From IMG/VR virus record IMGVR_UViG_3300037067_007801, positions 23,604 to 87,603 of that record: DNA of 64,000 bases; one strand, 5' to 3'. Origin of the DNA: a virus (Duplodnaviria; Caudoviricetes). Shown one piece after another: positions 1-9,365 of the stretch. The position numbers and the translations under genes were made by a program. The notes beneath the pieces were generated by a model that made no database searches, was not told the DNA's origin, and saw only the letters and a program-made list of their open reading frames with translations. The first letter of the stretch is position 1, and every line of letters begins with the position of its first letter.

Positions 1-9
1 GGGCGACGG

Positions 10-426
10 GTGATGGAGGAAGGTATGAGCACACTATTCGAGAAGCGAGGCAGTCGCTACTACCCCGTGCGTGACACGATGGCATGTGACGGGCTCGGGC
101 TCGGGTCGCACGTCGTGACGGTGATGAAGTCGGATGACGGGTGCACGCTGACCTCATACCGAGGGCCGATCATTCCGGCGTTCGCTTCCGTGCTCGCGAC
201 GATACCGTTCGCGCGAGAGGCGATGCTCCACGCGATGACAGAGCGAAACAAGGTCGAGCGGCCCGTGAACCGGCCGATGACTGCGAAGCAGAAGCGCGCG
301 TGGGCCGCGTATCAGGCCGTGATGGCCGAAGACAAAGATGTACCGATGGCGTTCGAAGGTGTGTCCATGCACGACATTGTGGACGCGGGAATCAAGGCGC
401 TTGAAGCGCAGATGGGAGTTAAGTGA
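10..426 (+). CDS. hypothetical phage protein
   Basis: ORF 138 aa, abuts next ORF at 427; no recognisable motif. Confidence 0.7.
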   Translation: MMEEGMSTLFEKRGSRYYPVRDTMACDGLGLGSHVVTVMKSDDGCTLTSYRGPIIPAFASVLATIPFAREAMLHAMTERNKVERPVNRPMTAKQKRAWAAYQAVMAEDKDVPMAFEGVSMHDIVDAGIKALEAQMGVK

Positions 427-693
427 ATGCCGATCGATGTTAAGAAGCACTGCCATGGGTCACCGTTCTTCGAGCCCGACGCGCGGGTTCCTGCGACGAG
501 CGCGATCGAGGCGCCGACCGAAGATGGCAGCATCCAGTTCCGCGTGGTCTCCGACAAGCTGACGCCGGTGCTCGAGTTGAAGGCGAACGGCGACATCCTG
601 GTCCGCGGGAAGCTCATCGAGAACGACAAGGAACTCGTGGACGGGCTGCGGGAGTGGTTCCGGCTCGCGAAGATCGAACGGGGCAAGGAATGA
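427..693 (+). CDS. hypothetical phage protein
   Basis: ORF 88 aa, tightly packed, ATGA overlap with next gene. Confidence 0.7.
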   Translation: MPIDVKKHCHGSPFFEPDARVPATSAIEAPTEDGSIQFRVVSDKLTPVLELKANGDILVRGKLIENDKELVDGLREWFRLAKIERGKE

Positions 694-902
694 ACATGCT
701 CGACGTCACGGCCGGCGGTCACCATTTCGAGTTGACGCTCGACCAAGCGCGAGCTCTGATTCGTGCATTGGCACAGGTGCTCGGCGAGCCCATGGTCTGC
801 GGGATGCGCTCGACGTGTGCGCTGTACCCGAAGAACGCGGTGGCGTATCACGACGATGGGGCCGTGGACCCTACCGTGGTCGTGAGTGTGAGGGAAGACT
901 AG
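690..902 (+). CDS. hypothetical phage protein
   Basis: ATG at 690 overlapping upstream TGA, preceded by AAGGA; in frame with track ORF 654..902. Confidence 0.6.
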   Translation: MNMLDVTAGGHHFELTLDQARALIRALAQVLGEPMVCGMRSTCALYPKNAVAYHDDGAVDPTVVVSVRED

Positions 903-1202
903 ATGGACGATGAGATCCAAAAGGTTACGACTCCTCAACTGTCCCCATCGGGCGAAGCAATCATCGAGGCTCGCTTGGAGCGGCATCTCGTCGAGCAACT
1001 GATTTCCGATACGGCCTGTAGTGACATCTTGGCGTTCGAGGACGACAATAGCGACCAGTTGAAATACCACGGCTACGTTGTGGTCATGGCTCGAACCGAG
1101 AAGGATTGGAAGCGACTCGCCAAGTTGATGCTGTTGGATAAGAAGCATCGAGCGGGACAGGTTGTGGACGCGGATTTCCTGATTGATCTGTTCGAGAAGT
1201 AG
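903..1202 (+). CDS. hypothetical phage protein
   Basis: ORF 99 aa directly after upstream stop. Confidence 0.65.
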   Translation: MDDEIQKVTTPQLSPSGEAIIEARLERHLVEQLISDTACSDILAFEDDNSDQLKYHGYVVVMARTEKDWKRLAKLMLLDKKHRAGQVVDADFLIDLFEK

Positions 1203-1247
1203 ACGTGATAACCCGGGCGCGAGTGCCCAGAAAAGTGAGAGAACACA

Positions 1248-1652
1248 ATGACGAAAAAGGACAAGACACCGAAGACACCGAAACCGGCACGCGACCCGAA
1301 CGCACCCGCTGTGAAGCGCCCGCGCGCTGGATGTTGGACTCCGGTCACGCGCCAGATTCCTATTCCAGGTTCGCAGGACGCGGATGGGAAAGCACTCACG
1401 CTGGATGCGGAAATGTACAGCGTCGAGTTCGCGGGCGAGACGATCGAAGTGCTCAAAAACCGCGACGGAGTCAAGCGAGCGAACGCTTGGATCAAGGGGA
1501 TCAAGAATCGCGGCGAGGAGTCGTTGCACATTGACAAGATCAGCCGGCAACTCGAGGCCCTGTCCGAGTCCGCATCGAGCCAGGAGATGACGGCCCGGCT
1601 GTACAAGGCGGCCCAGGTGTTGAAGGGCGAGCGGGTCGAGGGAGGTGCCTGA
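1248..1652 (+). CDS. hypothetical basic phage protein
   Basis: ORF 134 aa, Lys/Pro-rich N-terminus, ends just before promoter at 1663. Confidence 0.7.
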   Translation: MTKKDKTPKTPKPARDPNAPAVKRPRAGCWTPVTRQIPIPGSQDADGKALTLDAEMYSVEFAGETIEVLKNRDGVKRANAWIKGIKNRGEESLHIDKISRQLEALSESASSQEMTARLYKAAQVLKGERVEGGA

Positions 1653-1662
1653 AAAAAAGGAC

Positions 1663-1691
1663 TTGACACGGTAAACCATAAGGTTTATACA
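1663..1691 (+). promoter_or_regulatory. sigma70-type early promoter with palindromic operator (class E, copy 1)
   Basis: TTGACA-17bp-TATACA; spacer contains inverted repeat TAAACC-ATAA-GGTTTA (1672-1687); same architecture at 33349, 52981, 63527. Confidence 0.85.
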
Positions 1692-1754
1692 TAGAGATAC
1701 AGCGTCGTTCAGCGGTGGCTCGCTGGACATGAAGACGAACCACAGGAGGGACCG

Positions 1755-2036
1755 ATGACGACCAACGAATCCACCGAGCGCGCGTACGAGAAGACGACTG
1801 TCGACCGCAGCGTCTACGGCAACTTCACGATTGCCGATCTTCACGCTGCGTTCAACCGGATCGCGCCGAAGAACTGGAAGGACCCGATCGCGTGCTCGGC
1901 GAATGGCGAGACGGTCAACCTCGTGTGTGCCGCCATCGCGTTCTTCACGGGCTCCATCCCGCGCGTTCAGGTGGACGTGCGGACGATGACTTACTACATC
2001 GAGGCGGACGGCTACTACGCGGCCTGCGGGTCGTAG
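1755..2036 (+). CDS. hypothetical phage protein
   Basis: ORF 93 aa with AGGAGG RBS. Confidence 0.8.
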   Translation: MTTNESTERAYEKTTVDRSVYGNFTIADLHAAFNRIAPKNWKDPIACSANGETVNLVCAAIAFFTGSIPRVQVDVRTMTYYIEADGYYAACGS

Positions 2037-2045
2037 GGAAGTCAC

Positions 2046-2249
2046 GTGGAAACCGAAACCATCTACGTCGCGTGTTGCCGCTGTCATAGGCAGCGAGTGA
2101 ACGGCATCTGGGTCGAGAACACGATCCCGGCTGGCGCGATGATCTCGCACGGCCTCTGTCCCGAAGATTTTGCAAAGCAGATGCGCGAGGCGGGTGTCAC
2201 TGAGGAAGAAATCGCGGCCGATTTGGCGGAAATGAAAGAGGAGGGTTGA
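2046..2249 (+). CDS. hypothetical protein (Cys/His-containing)
   Basis: ORF 67 aa, CCRC...HGLC motif, GTG start. Confidence 0.6.
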   Translation: METETIYVACCRCHRQRVNGIWVENTIPAGAMISHGLCPEDFAKQMREAGVTEEEIAADLAEMKEEG

Positions 2250-2250
2250 A

Positions 2251-2472
2251 GTGGAACGGAAAATCAAGATCGAGGAGTGCGGTGAGTTGATGATCGTCGC
2301 CGGTCCCGGTGCTGGCAAGCCGGCCCTGTGCTGCCAAGTTGCGCGCCTGTGCTACTCGCACTGCGCCGCGCTCGGAATCAGCAAGGGAAGTGCGGAACTC
2401 AACATCGCTCCTTCATTGTGCTGCAACGTCTCCGAGGTCAGGATCGGATACCTCGAGACGGTGACGCCGTGA
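2251..2472 (+). CDS. hypothetical Cys-rich protein
   Basis: ORF 73 aa with GAGG RBS, overlaps next start (GTGA). Confidence 0.55.
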   Translation: MERKIKIEECGELMIVAGPGAGKPALCCQVARLCYSHCAALGISKGSAELNIAPSLCCNVSEVRIGYLETVTP

Positions 2473-3251
2473 CCCGACGTGAGCGCATGGAGCGGCGACT
2501 CGAGAAGCGCGAGACGTGGGCAGACTCCGCGAGCTCCAAGTCGGCGACGGAATTTCAGAAGGCGCGTGACGCGACGAGAGGCATCGAACTTGGGCAGCCG
2601 ATCTTGGTTAATCATCACAGCGAGAATCACCATCGTCGAGCCGTCGAGAAGTCCGACTCGGCTATGCGCCGCGGTGTTGAAGCCTCCCACCGGGCAGCCG
2701 AGCACGCTGGCAAGGCGGCGAACCTCGCGAGACAACTGGACCGCACCGTGTTTTCGGACGACGAGGACGCAATCGAGAAGATCGAAGCGCGGATCGCGAC
2801 GCACGAGCGCCTTGCCGACGAGATGAACAAAATCAACAAGGCGTGGAAGAAAGCCAAGGGCACGCCGGACGAACGGGCCGCGCAGCTCATAGCGGACGGC
2901 GTGTGCAGCGAGAAGATCGCCACGAATGCCGCGCAGACCATGAGGCAGTTCGCCTGCCTCAAAGCGCCGCTCGACATGACGAACCTACGCGCCAGGATTC
3001 GCACGGACAAGAAGCGGATCGAAGAGGTGCGAGAATACAGGGCGCGGAACGATCGCGCGGTAGCGGCCGGCGGTGTCGTCATCGAAGGTGGCGAGTGGGT
3101 GCAGGTCACGTTTGCCAAGAAGCCGGATAACGAAGTGCTCGATGCCTTGCGTGAGGCCGGGTTCAGGTGGTCCGGTGGCGGATGGATAGGGAAGAAAGAG
3201 AACGTGCCGAGATGCGTCGCCGAGATGGCAACCAAGGAGAATCATCCATGA
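2469..3251 (+). CDS. DUF3560 domain-containing protein
   Basis: TRRERMERRLEKRETWA...GQPILVNHHSE..HRR motif typical of DUF3560; GTG start at 2469 inferred. Confidence 0.8.
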   Translation: MTRRERMERRLEKRETWADSASSKSATEFQKARDATRGIELGQPILVNHHSENHHRRAVEKSDSAMRRGVEASHRAAEHAGKAANLARQLDRTVFSDDEDAIEKIEARIATHERLADEMNKINKAWKKAKGTPDERAAQLIADGVCSEKIATNAAQTMRQFACLKAPLDMTNLRARIRTDKKRIEEVREYRARNDRAVAAGGVVIEGGEWVQVTFAKKPDNEVLDALREAGFRWSGGGWIGKKENVPRCVAEMATKENHP

Positions 3252-3403
3252 GCGCACCGTGGCCCGATGACCTGTGCTCTCACTGCCCGTATTCGGACAT
3301 GTGCGACTTGAACGACCCGGCGGAAGAACCCGGTGGTTGCCGCCGTGTCGACGAATGGAAGGAATCGCTGGAGAGCAGGTCGGAAAGAGACCGCGGAAAG
3401 TGA
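3248..3403 (+). CDS. small Cys-rich hypothetical protein
   Basis: ATG overlapping upstream stop; CSHCPYSDMC motif. Confidence 0.55.
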   Translation: MSAPWPDDLCSHCPYSDMCDLNDPAEEPGGCRRVDEWKESLESRSERDRGK

Positions 3404-3407
3404 GAAG

Positions 3408-3695
3408 ATGATGACGACCTACACGTTCAGAGGCTTTCACATTCCAGAGCACATGTTGTACGCGCTTCAGCAGTACGTTGCCACCCACCGGCCGGTTGGA
3501 CATTTTCTGACGGCGATCATCTGCAACGATTTGAAAGAAGCGGTCGCGCGAGCTGATGACGAGAACCTGACGAATCTCCCGGCCTACGTGGGCTACCTGT
3601 ACAACGAGTGCCCGTCCGCGTGCTGGGGCTCGAAGAAGAAGATGGACGACTGGCTGTACCCTCCGGAGAAAGAAGGAGAAGGAGAAGGGCGATGA
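3408..3695 (+). CDS. conserved-type phage hypothetical protein
   Basis: MMTTYTFRGFHIP...GHFLTAIICNDLKEAVARAD...CWGS; resembles a small family common in environmental phages. Confidence 0.7.
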   Translation: MMTTYTFRGFHIPEHMLYALQQYVATHRPVGHFLTAIICNDLKEAVARADDENLTNLPAYVGYLYNECPSACWGSKKKMDDWLYPPEKEGEGEGR

Positions 3696-3949
3696 AGATC
3701 TACAACAACAACCCGGCGTTCGGCGACTGCGGCCCGTTCGACATCGATGCGCCGACGTTCCTCATGGCGTGTTCGCAACTCGCGAACGAGATGCAGCCGA
3801 ACTTCAAGACGTGGGCGCAAGAGCAGGAGGACCGACACGCGGCAGACGTCATGTTCAACCCTGGCCTGCCCGAGTTCATGCCGCGTGAGAAACGGATCGC
3901 CGAGATGCGGCGCGAGTTCCTGAAGGGGCTGACGGAGGTGCAAGAATGA
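3692..3949 (+). CDS. hypothetical phage protein
   Basis: ATG 3692 overlapping upstream TGA, purine-rich RBS. Confidence 0.65.
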   Translation: MKIYNNNPAFGDCGPFDIDAPTFLMACSQLANEMQPNFKTWAQEQEDRHAADVMFNPGLPEFMPREKRIAEMRREFLKGLTEVQE

Positions 3950-4338
3950 CACCGTGGACATGGGAGGAACTGCACCAGATCGAACGTGAGCGTGGGGACA
4001 ACTTCGTCATGTTTCTGGCGATCTACGGATTCATCGGAGCGCTCGCGTTAAAGTTGACCAGGACGATGAAGGATAAGATGCACGATCGGAACATTAGTTG
4101 CGAGGCAGAACCACTGTACCCAAACAGGTGTGATGGATGTCCGTTGCGACACAGCAATTGTGAACCGTTCGATCCATTTGCAAAAGAGGAAATGACGGAT
4201 CTCTATGGGGAGTTGCTTTTGCACAGTCGTTTCCGACCAGAGGTACCGTACACACCAAAAGAGTCTGTCATGTTGCGTCAAGAAGCTATCAAACGGGTGA
4301 TGGAGAAGGTGTGGCCGCAGAAGGCGCGAGGAAGGTGA
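3946..4338 (+). CDS. hypothetical protein
   Basis: ORF 130 aa, ATGA overlap, locally lower GC. Confidence 0.6.
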   Translation: MTPWTWEELHQIERERGDNFVMFLAIYGFIGALALKLTRTMKDKMHDRNISCEAEPLYPNRCDGCPLRHSNCEPFDPFAKEEMTDLYGELLLHSRFRPEVPYTPKESVMLRQEAIKRVMEKVWPQKARGR

Positions 4339-4503
4339 ATCCGTGAACTCGAAGACGAAAGCGCAGAAGAAGTCCGACCGCCTCGCGCTCGATGAACTGT
4401 CCGACGGTATCGAGCCGTTGGAGCCGGTGAAGAAGCGAGTTCCGACGTGGCTTCCGAAGCTCGGAGACGTGTGGAAACCGGTTTCCGACAAGGAGGTTGG
4501 CAA

Positions 4504-4752
4504 GTGAGCAAACTATATGTGATTCTCAACCGCGGCCCAGTCGTCGGCAACTGCGCATTGTTCTGGCGCGAAGGTGGCCACGGGTACACCTGCAACCTCG
4601 ACGATGCGTGGAAGGTGGAAGCGGCGAAGGCGCAGGACATCTGCCACGACCGGCCGGATGAGGACTTCATTATCTCGTTGGACTTCGCCGCTGAGAACAG
4701 CGAGCGACACTGTCACGCGGACGTGTTGCGCGACAATGTGGTGAAACCGTGA
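4504..4752 (+). CDS. hypothetical phage protein
   Basis: GTG at 4504 after GGAGG; GNCALFWREGGHGYTCNLDDA motif seen in small phage proteins. Confidence 0.6.
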   Translation: MSKLYVILNRGPVVGNCALFWREGGHGYTCNLDDAWKVEAAKAQDICHDRPDEDFIISLDFAAENSERHCHADVLRDNVVKP

Positions 4753-5234
4753 CCTGGTACCACGGCGGCATCGGCAAGATGAAGGTCGGCGATACGCTCG
4801 TCCCGTCGTCACCTCACGTTGAGGACGGCTGTCCGATCTGCGAGGCCCGTGCCGCTGGCAGGGTCGTGACCGTTGGAGAGTACCGCGCTTGGCTGAGACA
4901 GCAAGGTCCTCGTGCGCTGCCGGTGTTGAAGATGCTGGCAGACGCACCCGACGACGCGCCGATTGATCCGCCGACAGGGAAACGAGCCATCTACTTCACG
5001 ACCGATTTGATGTACGCTCGGTGGTATGCCGCAAGGAGTCGAGGTGATCTGTACGAGGTGCGGCCGGTCGGTCCAGTCGAACGCTCGAAGGAAGATGCCT
5101 TCCCAACATGGACGGCAGGGGCTGCGATCGTGTCGAGAGTCGTCGAGCGCAAGGTCCGGCTGACCAGGGCCGACCGCCGAGAGATGACCCGTAGGTGGAA
5201 GAAGAAGGACAAGGAACGAGAGGCGAATCGATGA
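4749..5234 (+). CDS. Arr-like (rifampin ADP-ribosyltransferase fold) ADP-ribosyltransferase
   Basis: N-terminal WYHGG..MKVGDTL and IYFTTD..YA..YA...GDLYEVRPVGPVE motifs resemble the Arr/H-Y ART pattern. Confidence 0.6.
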   Translation: MTWYHGGIGKMKVGDTLVPSSPHVEDGCPICEARAAGRVVTVGEYRAWLRQQGPRALPVLKMLADAPDDAPIDPPTGKRAIYFTTDLMYARWYAARSRGDLYEVRPVGPVERSKEDAFPTWTAGAAIVSRVVERKVRLTRADRREMTRRWKKKDKEREANR

Positions 5235-5346
5235 AGTCCGTTCCAGCATCGCACCGGCTCGACGATCTGGCGCAGGCAGCCAACCTGCAACCCTCCCCAG
5301 ATCGCCGGGCCGGTCAGGTGCTGGAGCGTTGAAAAGGAGCAAGCAG

Positions 5347-5676
5347 ATGAGCGACCATTGCCAGAATTGCACGGTACGTGGCGACCTAGAAGCGTGCCGA
5401 ACCGTGTGTGAGCGCGCGACAAGCAATCCGTGCGATGTACCGACATCGTGGGGTGCTGCGTCTCGTATTGCCGAACTCGAAACCGATAACACTCGACTTC
5501 GGGATGCACTGGAAATCGCGACGGTGTCGTTGACCGCCAAGTATCCCGAAGACTTCCGAGCTGTGTTCACCGACTCCGAAATATTGGCCATGATCGATCG
5601 CCATAACAAGGGGGCTGATTTTAAAATCGAAGATGTCATTCGCGCCGCCCTTTTACCCAGGGAGACCGGGAAGTGA
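5347..5676 (+). CDS. hypothetical phage protein
   Basis: ATG 5347 after GGAG; CxxC motif, short coiled coil. Confidence 0.6.
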   Translation: MSDHCQNCTVRGDLEACRTVCERATSNPCDVPTSWGAASRIAELETDNTRLRDALEIATVSLTAKYPEDFRAVFTDSEILAMIDRHNKGADFKIEDVIRAALLPRETGK

Positions 5677-6017
5677 AACGGTCACGACTGCTCGACGGTG
5701 CTCAGAACTTCTGCGGTCCAGTCGGAGAGAAAATCCGAGCACGCATTCGCGCCTACCTCGCGGCGCCCACCGAGGACGGATGGTCGGATATTGCTGGTGT
5801 GATCATCACTCCGAGCACGTGTTGCGGTAGCCTCTTGGAGTGGGTTCAGTCGGTTGACCCGACGTTGCCGAAAATCGAACCTCACTACGATCCACTCTTG
5901 AACAAGTTGACCGGCTGGCCTCGTATCCCCGATCCTGTTCTGCTTGCGCGCGCCATACGAGCCGCGATAAGGTCGTTGGGCTCGACATCGACCGACTGCA
6001 AACTCGAACTGAGGTGA
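5673..6017 (+). CDS. hypothetical phage protein
   Basis: ORF 114 aa, GTGA overlap. Confidence 0.65.
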   Translation: MKRSRLLDGAQNFCGPVGEKIRARIRAYLAAPTEDGWSDIAGVIITPSTCCGSLLEWVQSVDPTLPKIEPHYDPLLNKLTGWPRIPDPVLLARAIRAAIRSLGSTSTDCKLELR

Positions 6018-6220
6018 ACATGCCGACGTCCAGGATTCCAACCTACGAATCGATCATCGCTGCGTGCAAGGTCGGTTGCTTTTGTTGCGGAGCTCTACTC
6101 GACCCGTCCGAAGTCAAGCCGCAGAAAGGTACGACGAAGTTGAACGCGCGATACGTTGTGACCTGTCCGTCCTGTGGAGACCCTACGATGTTTGCCGTTC
6201 GATCTCCCGAGCGCCGTTGA
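6014..6220 (+). CDS. small zinc-ribbon protein
   Basis: CFCCG...CPSCG motifs. Confidence 0.6.
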   Translation: MNMPTSRIPTYESIIAACKVGCFCCGALLDPSEVKPQKGTTKLNARYVVTCPSCGDPTMFAVRSPERR

Positions 6221-6261
6221 ACCCTTCCAATCCGTCCGCTGAACAGAATTTCATGTAGTTG

Positions 6262-6290
6262 TTGCATGTCGTATTCGGAGGAGTTACAAT
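6262..6290 (+). promoter_or_regulatory. putative sigma70 promoter upstream of nuclease/sigma4/terminase genes
   Basis: TTGCAT-17bp-TACAAT in an intergenic gap. Confidence 0.55.
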
Positions 6291-6314
6291 ACAGTTGTGG
6301 CAAGGGTTAATACA

Positions 6315-6503
6315 ATGCGGCGAGAACAGCACATCGACGTCGATGATTCGGCGTCTCGTCGAAATAGAGCGATGGTCAGCCTGCTTCGCTGCGACGAGTG
6401 TGACTACGAGTGGAGGGCCACCGGCCTCGTAGCGCTGCTCTGCCCTGTCTGCGGTTCGTTCGAGGTCGAAAAGAAGGTAGACCTCGGGCTCGACCTCATC
6501 TGA
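6315..6503 (+). CDS. small zinc-ribbon protein
   Basis: CDECD...CPVCG motifs. Confidence 0.6.
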   Translation: MRREQHIDVDDSASRRNRAMVSLLRCDECDYEWRATGLVALLCPVCGSFEVEKKVDLGLDLI

Positions 6504-6504
6504 G

Positions 6505-6912
6505 ATGAGACGCCGTTCATTCACTGCCGTACCTCTTGAACACGATGAACAGAAAGCCGTTGTCGATTGGTGCCGCGACTACGCCCGGTTACGTTGGCCG
6601 CATCTCTGTCTGCCGAATGGTGACTTCGCGATCTATGCTACGCCGAATGGGGGCGAGCGGAACATCATCGTCGCGACTCGACTCAAGCAGGAGGGAGTCA
6701 ACACTGGAGTTCCCGATCTGCACGTGCCCGGGTTGCGTCTCTGGATCGAGATGAAGAGGCTCAAAGGAAGCAAGACGAGCGACAAACAAACCGACTGGCA
6801 CGCCTATCTGCGGAGCATCGGAGACACCGTCGTTGTGGCCAAGGGAGCGACCGAAGCCATCGCTGCGATCACTGCCGCTGCGAAATTGGTCTTGAAGCCG
6901 ACCGGCCTGTGA
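6505..6912 (+). CDS. VRR-NUC domain nuclease
   Basis: EHDEQ...YATPNGG...GVPDL...WIEMK...Q..WH PD-(D/E)xK pattern. Confidence 0.9.
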   Translation: MRRRSFTAVPLEHDEQKAVVDWCRDYARLRWPHLCLPNGDFAIYATPNGGERNIIVATRLKQEGVNTGVPDLHVPGLRLWIEMKRLKGSKTSDKQTDWHAYLRSIGDTVVVAKGATEAIAAITAAAKLVLKPTGL

Positions 6913-6927
6913 GAGTATCGTAGGCGA

Positions 6928-7338
6928 ATGCTCGGCTACCACAGGTATCACCCAAGTCGCACGATCCCAATTAGAAAACCTTGTGCCGAACTCGCCAGCG
7001 TGTACGAGACGGACTTGCCGACGGACCACTGGAGACCGCGGTTCAGAAGTGAGTGCATCGATGCACCGCGCCCGTGTCCATATTCCTCCTGCCGTCATCA
7101 TCTTTTTCTCGACGTGAACTCGGCCGGTGGCATCGTACTGAACTTCCCAGACAAGACCATCGACGACCTGGAGGACACGTGCTCTCTTGACGTGGCCGAT
7201 CGCGCGGGACATACGCTCGACGAAGTTGGTAAGTTCCTTGACCTCACTCGCGAACGAGTCAGGCAGATCGAGACTCAGGCGATGCGAAAGTTCCCGCCCG
7301 AGTTGTTGGAATACTTGAGGCGAAGCCACGATGACTGA
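6928..7338 (+). CDS. sigma70 region-4 HTH protein with Cys/His N-terminal domain (putative late regulator)
   Basis: TLDEVGKFLDLTRERVRQIETQAMRK is a sigma70 r4 signature; RPCPYSSCRHHL upstream. Confidence 0.85.
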   Translation: MLGYHRYHPSRTIPIRKPCAELASVYETDLPTDHWRPRFRSECIDAPRPCPYSSCRHHLFLDVNSAGGIVLNFPDKTIDDLEDTCSLDVADRAGHTLDEVGKFLDLTRERVRQIETQAMRKFPPELLEYLRRSHDD

Positions 7339-8974
7339 ACCGTTCAGCAAAAACGACTTGAAGTTGTTGGCTCGCGCTGTCGCACGCCGGGAGAGGGAAG
7401 CTCGGCGCGACCCGGCCGAGTTCTTCGAGATGGTAGTTCGACATGAGACGACAAAGAAGCCGTTGCACGTGGCCGCGCATCAACGTGTGCTGTTCTCATT
7501 CGCGCTCGCTCACCAGCAGTGTGTGATTCGATTGCCCATAGATCATGGAAAAAGCTTTACGATGGCCGCGCTTGGATTGTGGCTCACTGGAAACGACGTC
7601 ACACAGCGCGGAGCGATCGTCTCTCACTCCGTTGAGCAGTCGAAAAAAATCCTGCGCATGTTCAAGGACTACCTCGAAGACGAGGATTTAGGGTCAGCAC
7701 TGCGCGATGTGTTTCCGCACCTGAGACGTTCGACCAGGGTAGGCGATCCTTGGACCCAAGATCAAGTATCCGTTGAACGTCCGGCAGGAATCCGAGACGC
7801 GACAGTTAGGGCCATCGGCATTGGTGCGAAAATCAGTGGTTCGCGTCTCAGTTGGGTTCTGACAGACGACCTCGTGGACGACACGAACTCGACTTCACCG
7901 GGAGAACGGAACGAACTCGAAAAGATTTTCACGAGTCGTATCCTGAGCCGTATGGATCCCGACCCGCTTCCCTCGCGAGTTGTCGTCACAAACACGCCAT
8001 GGGACCGTGAAGATTTGACGTTCTATCTTGAGCGCGAGATGGGATTCGCCACCCTCACCATGGACATCGACGGCTACATCCGGTGGACGAACGCCGATGG
8101 CAACTGGGTTCGTCACGCGCTCGACAACTACCTGCGCCCGAGCGTCACGCGGTGTAGTGGCAAGCACGATTGGTACAGGTTGCGCGCCCACGATCCGGAC
8201 CCAGACGAGGTTGTCCCACTGTGGCCCGAGCGGCGTTCGCGGGAATCGATCGAAGTGCTCAGGCGCACCTGGCTGCCTCATGAGTTCGCCCGTCTATGCA
8301 TGTGCGAGCCGTTCGCCGACGACCAGATGCGGTGCCAGCGCGAGTGGATTGAACGGTGCAAGGCTCGCGGAGCCGGTACCAGCATGGTCAGTCGGTACGA
8401 CGGTGAACGACCTGTGTACACTGGCGTCGACATGGCGATCGGCAAGAAAAAGAAGAACGACCTGACCGTGTTGTTCACGATCGCCATCGAGGAAGACCAG
8501 TCACGGCGTGTGCTCAACATCGAGTCCGGTCGGTGGACTGGCCCCGAGATCGTCGATCGCATCCTTGGAAACGCAGATGCCTACGGCGCCACGATCGCCG
8601 TCGAGTCGAACGCAGCGCAGGACTTCATTCGACAGTTCGCCATCGAGAAACGTAAAGACCTCCGCATCATTGCCCATTCTACGCAGGGCGGAAACAAGTC
8701 GAACCAGGAGTTTGGCGTTGAGGGAGTCTTCGCCGAGTTGCAGAATGGCGGCTGGATCATCCCGTGTTCGGAAGATGGCCGCTGCGATCCCGAGGTTCAG
8801 TCTTGGATCGACGAGTGTCTGTACTACCAGCCGCAGGCGCACAGTGGTGACAGGCTCATGGCCGGCTGGATCGCCTGCGAGGCTTCCCGCAGAAATCGCC
8901 GTGGCAACACCGGTAGGAGTACGTGGGTCGGCAACGGTGCGTCTCGTGAAGGATTGAAGATGGGAAGTTACTAG
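7331..8974 (+). CDS. terL: terminase large subunit
   Basis: Walker A-like LPIDHGKS, Walker B-like VLTDDLVDD, VVTNTPW, C-terminal nuclease GVDMA...AVESNAAQ...GDRLMA. Confidence 0.9.
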   Translation: MTEPFSKNDLKLLARAVARREREARRDPAEFFEMVVRHETTKKPLHVAAHQRVLFSFALAHQQCVIRLPIDHGKSFTMAALGLWLTGNDVTQRGAIVSHSVEQSKKILRMFKDYLEDEDLGSALRDVFPHLRRSTRVGDPWTQDQVSVERPAGIRDATVRAIGIGAKISGSRLSWVLTDDLVDDTNSTSPGERNELEKIFTSRILSRMDPDPLPSRVVVTNTPWDREDLTFYLEREMGFATLTMDIDGYIRWTNADGNWVRHALDNYLRPSVTRCSGKHDWYRLRAHDPDPDEVVPLWPERRSRESIEVLRRTWLPHEFARLCMCEPFADDQMRCQREWIERCKARGAGTSMVSRYDGERPVYTGVDMAIGKKKKNDLTVLFTIAIEEDQSRRVLNIESGRWTGPEIVDRILGNADAYGATIAVESNAAQDFIRQFAIEKRKDLRIIAHSTQGGNKSNQEFGVEGVFAELQNGGWIIPCSEDGRCDPEVQSWIDECLYYQPQAHSGDRLMAGWIACEASRRNRRGNTGRSTWVGNGASREGLKMGSY

Positions 8975-8984
8975 AGGAGAACGA

Positions 8985-9362
8985 ATGAACGACCAACGTA
9001 CTGACGTCGTTAACGTAAAGCTCGAAGGTGCCGATCTTGAACTGCTACGAGCTGGACAAGCGCAAGGCGAGTCGGCCGGAATCAAACAGGCCGTCGATTC
9101 CATCAGAGAAGCGTTGCAGGCTTGGAAGGTTGAGGCCGACAAGTTGGCTCCGGATCGTTCGACTGAGATCGGTGCGTTCGTGTCTTCGTTCGACCCACTC
9201 CTTGGCTCACTGTCATCGAAAGCGGAGGCGCGATCGGTGGACGGTCGTTCGTCGTTGGCTCGAGCCGTTGCGACTGGTGCAGGTAAGCCGCGGGCGGTTG
9301 GTTTGCGGAAGCGGGCGAGCGCGGTTATGATGAGGGCGGCTCGTAAGCTCGAAGGGAGCTAA
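8985..9362 (+). CDS. hypothetical protein
   Basis: ORF 125 aa with GAGGAG RBS between terL and portal. Confidence 0.75.
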   Translation: MNDQRTDVVNVKLEGADLELLRAGQAQGESAGIKQAVDSIREALQAWKVEADKLAPDRSTEIGAFVSSFDPLLGSLSSKAEARSVDGRSSLARAVATGAGKPRAVGLRKRASAVMMRAARKLEGS

Positions 9363-9365
9363 CCG

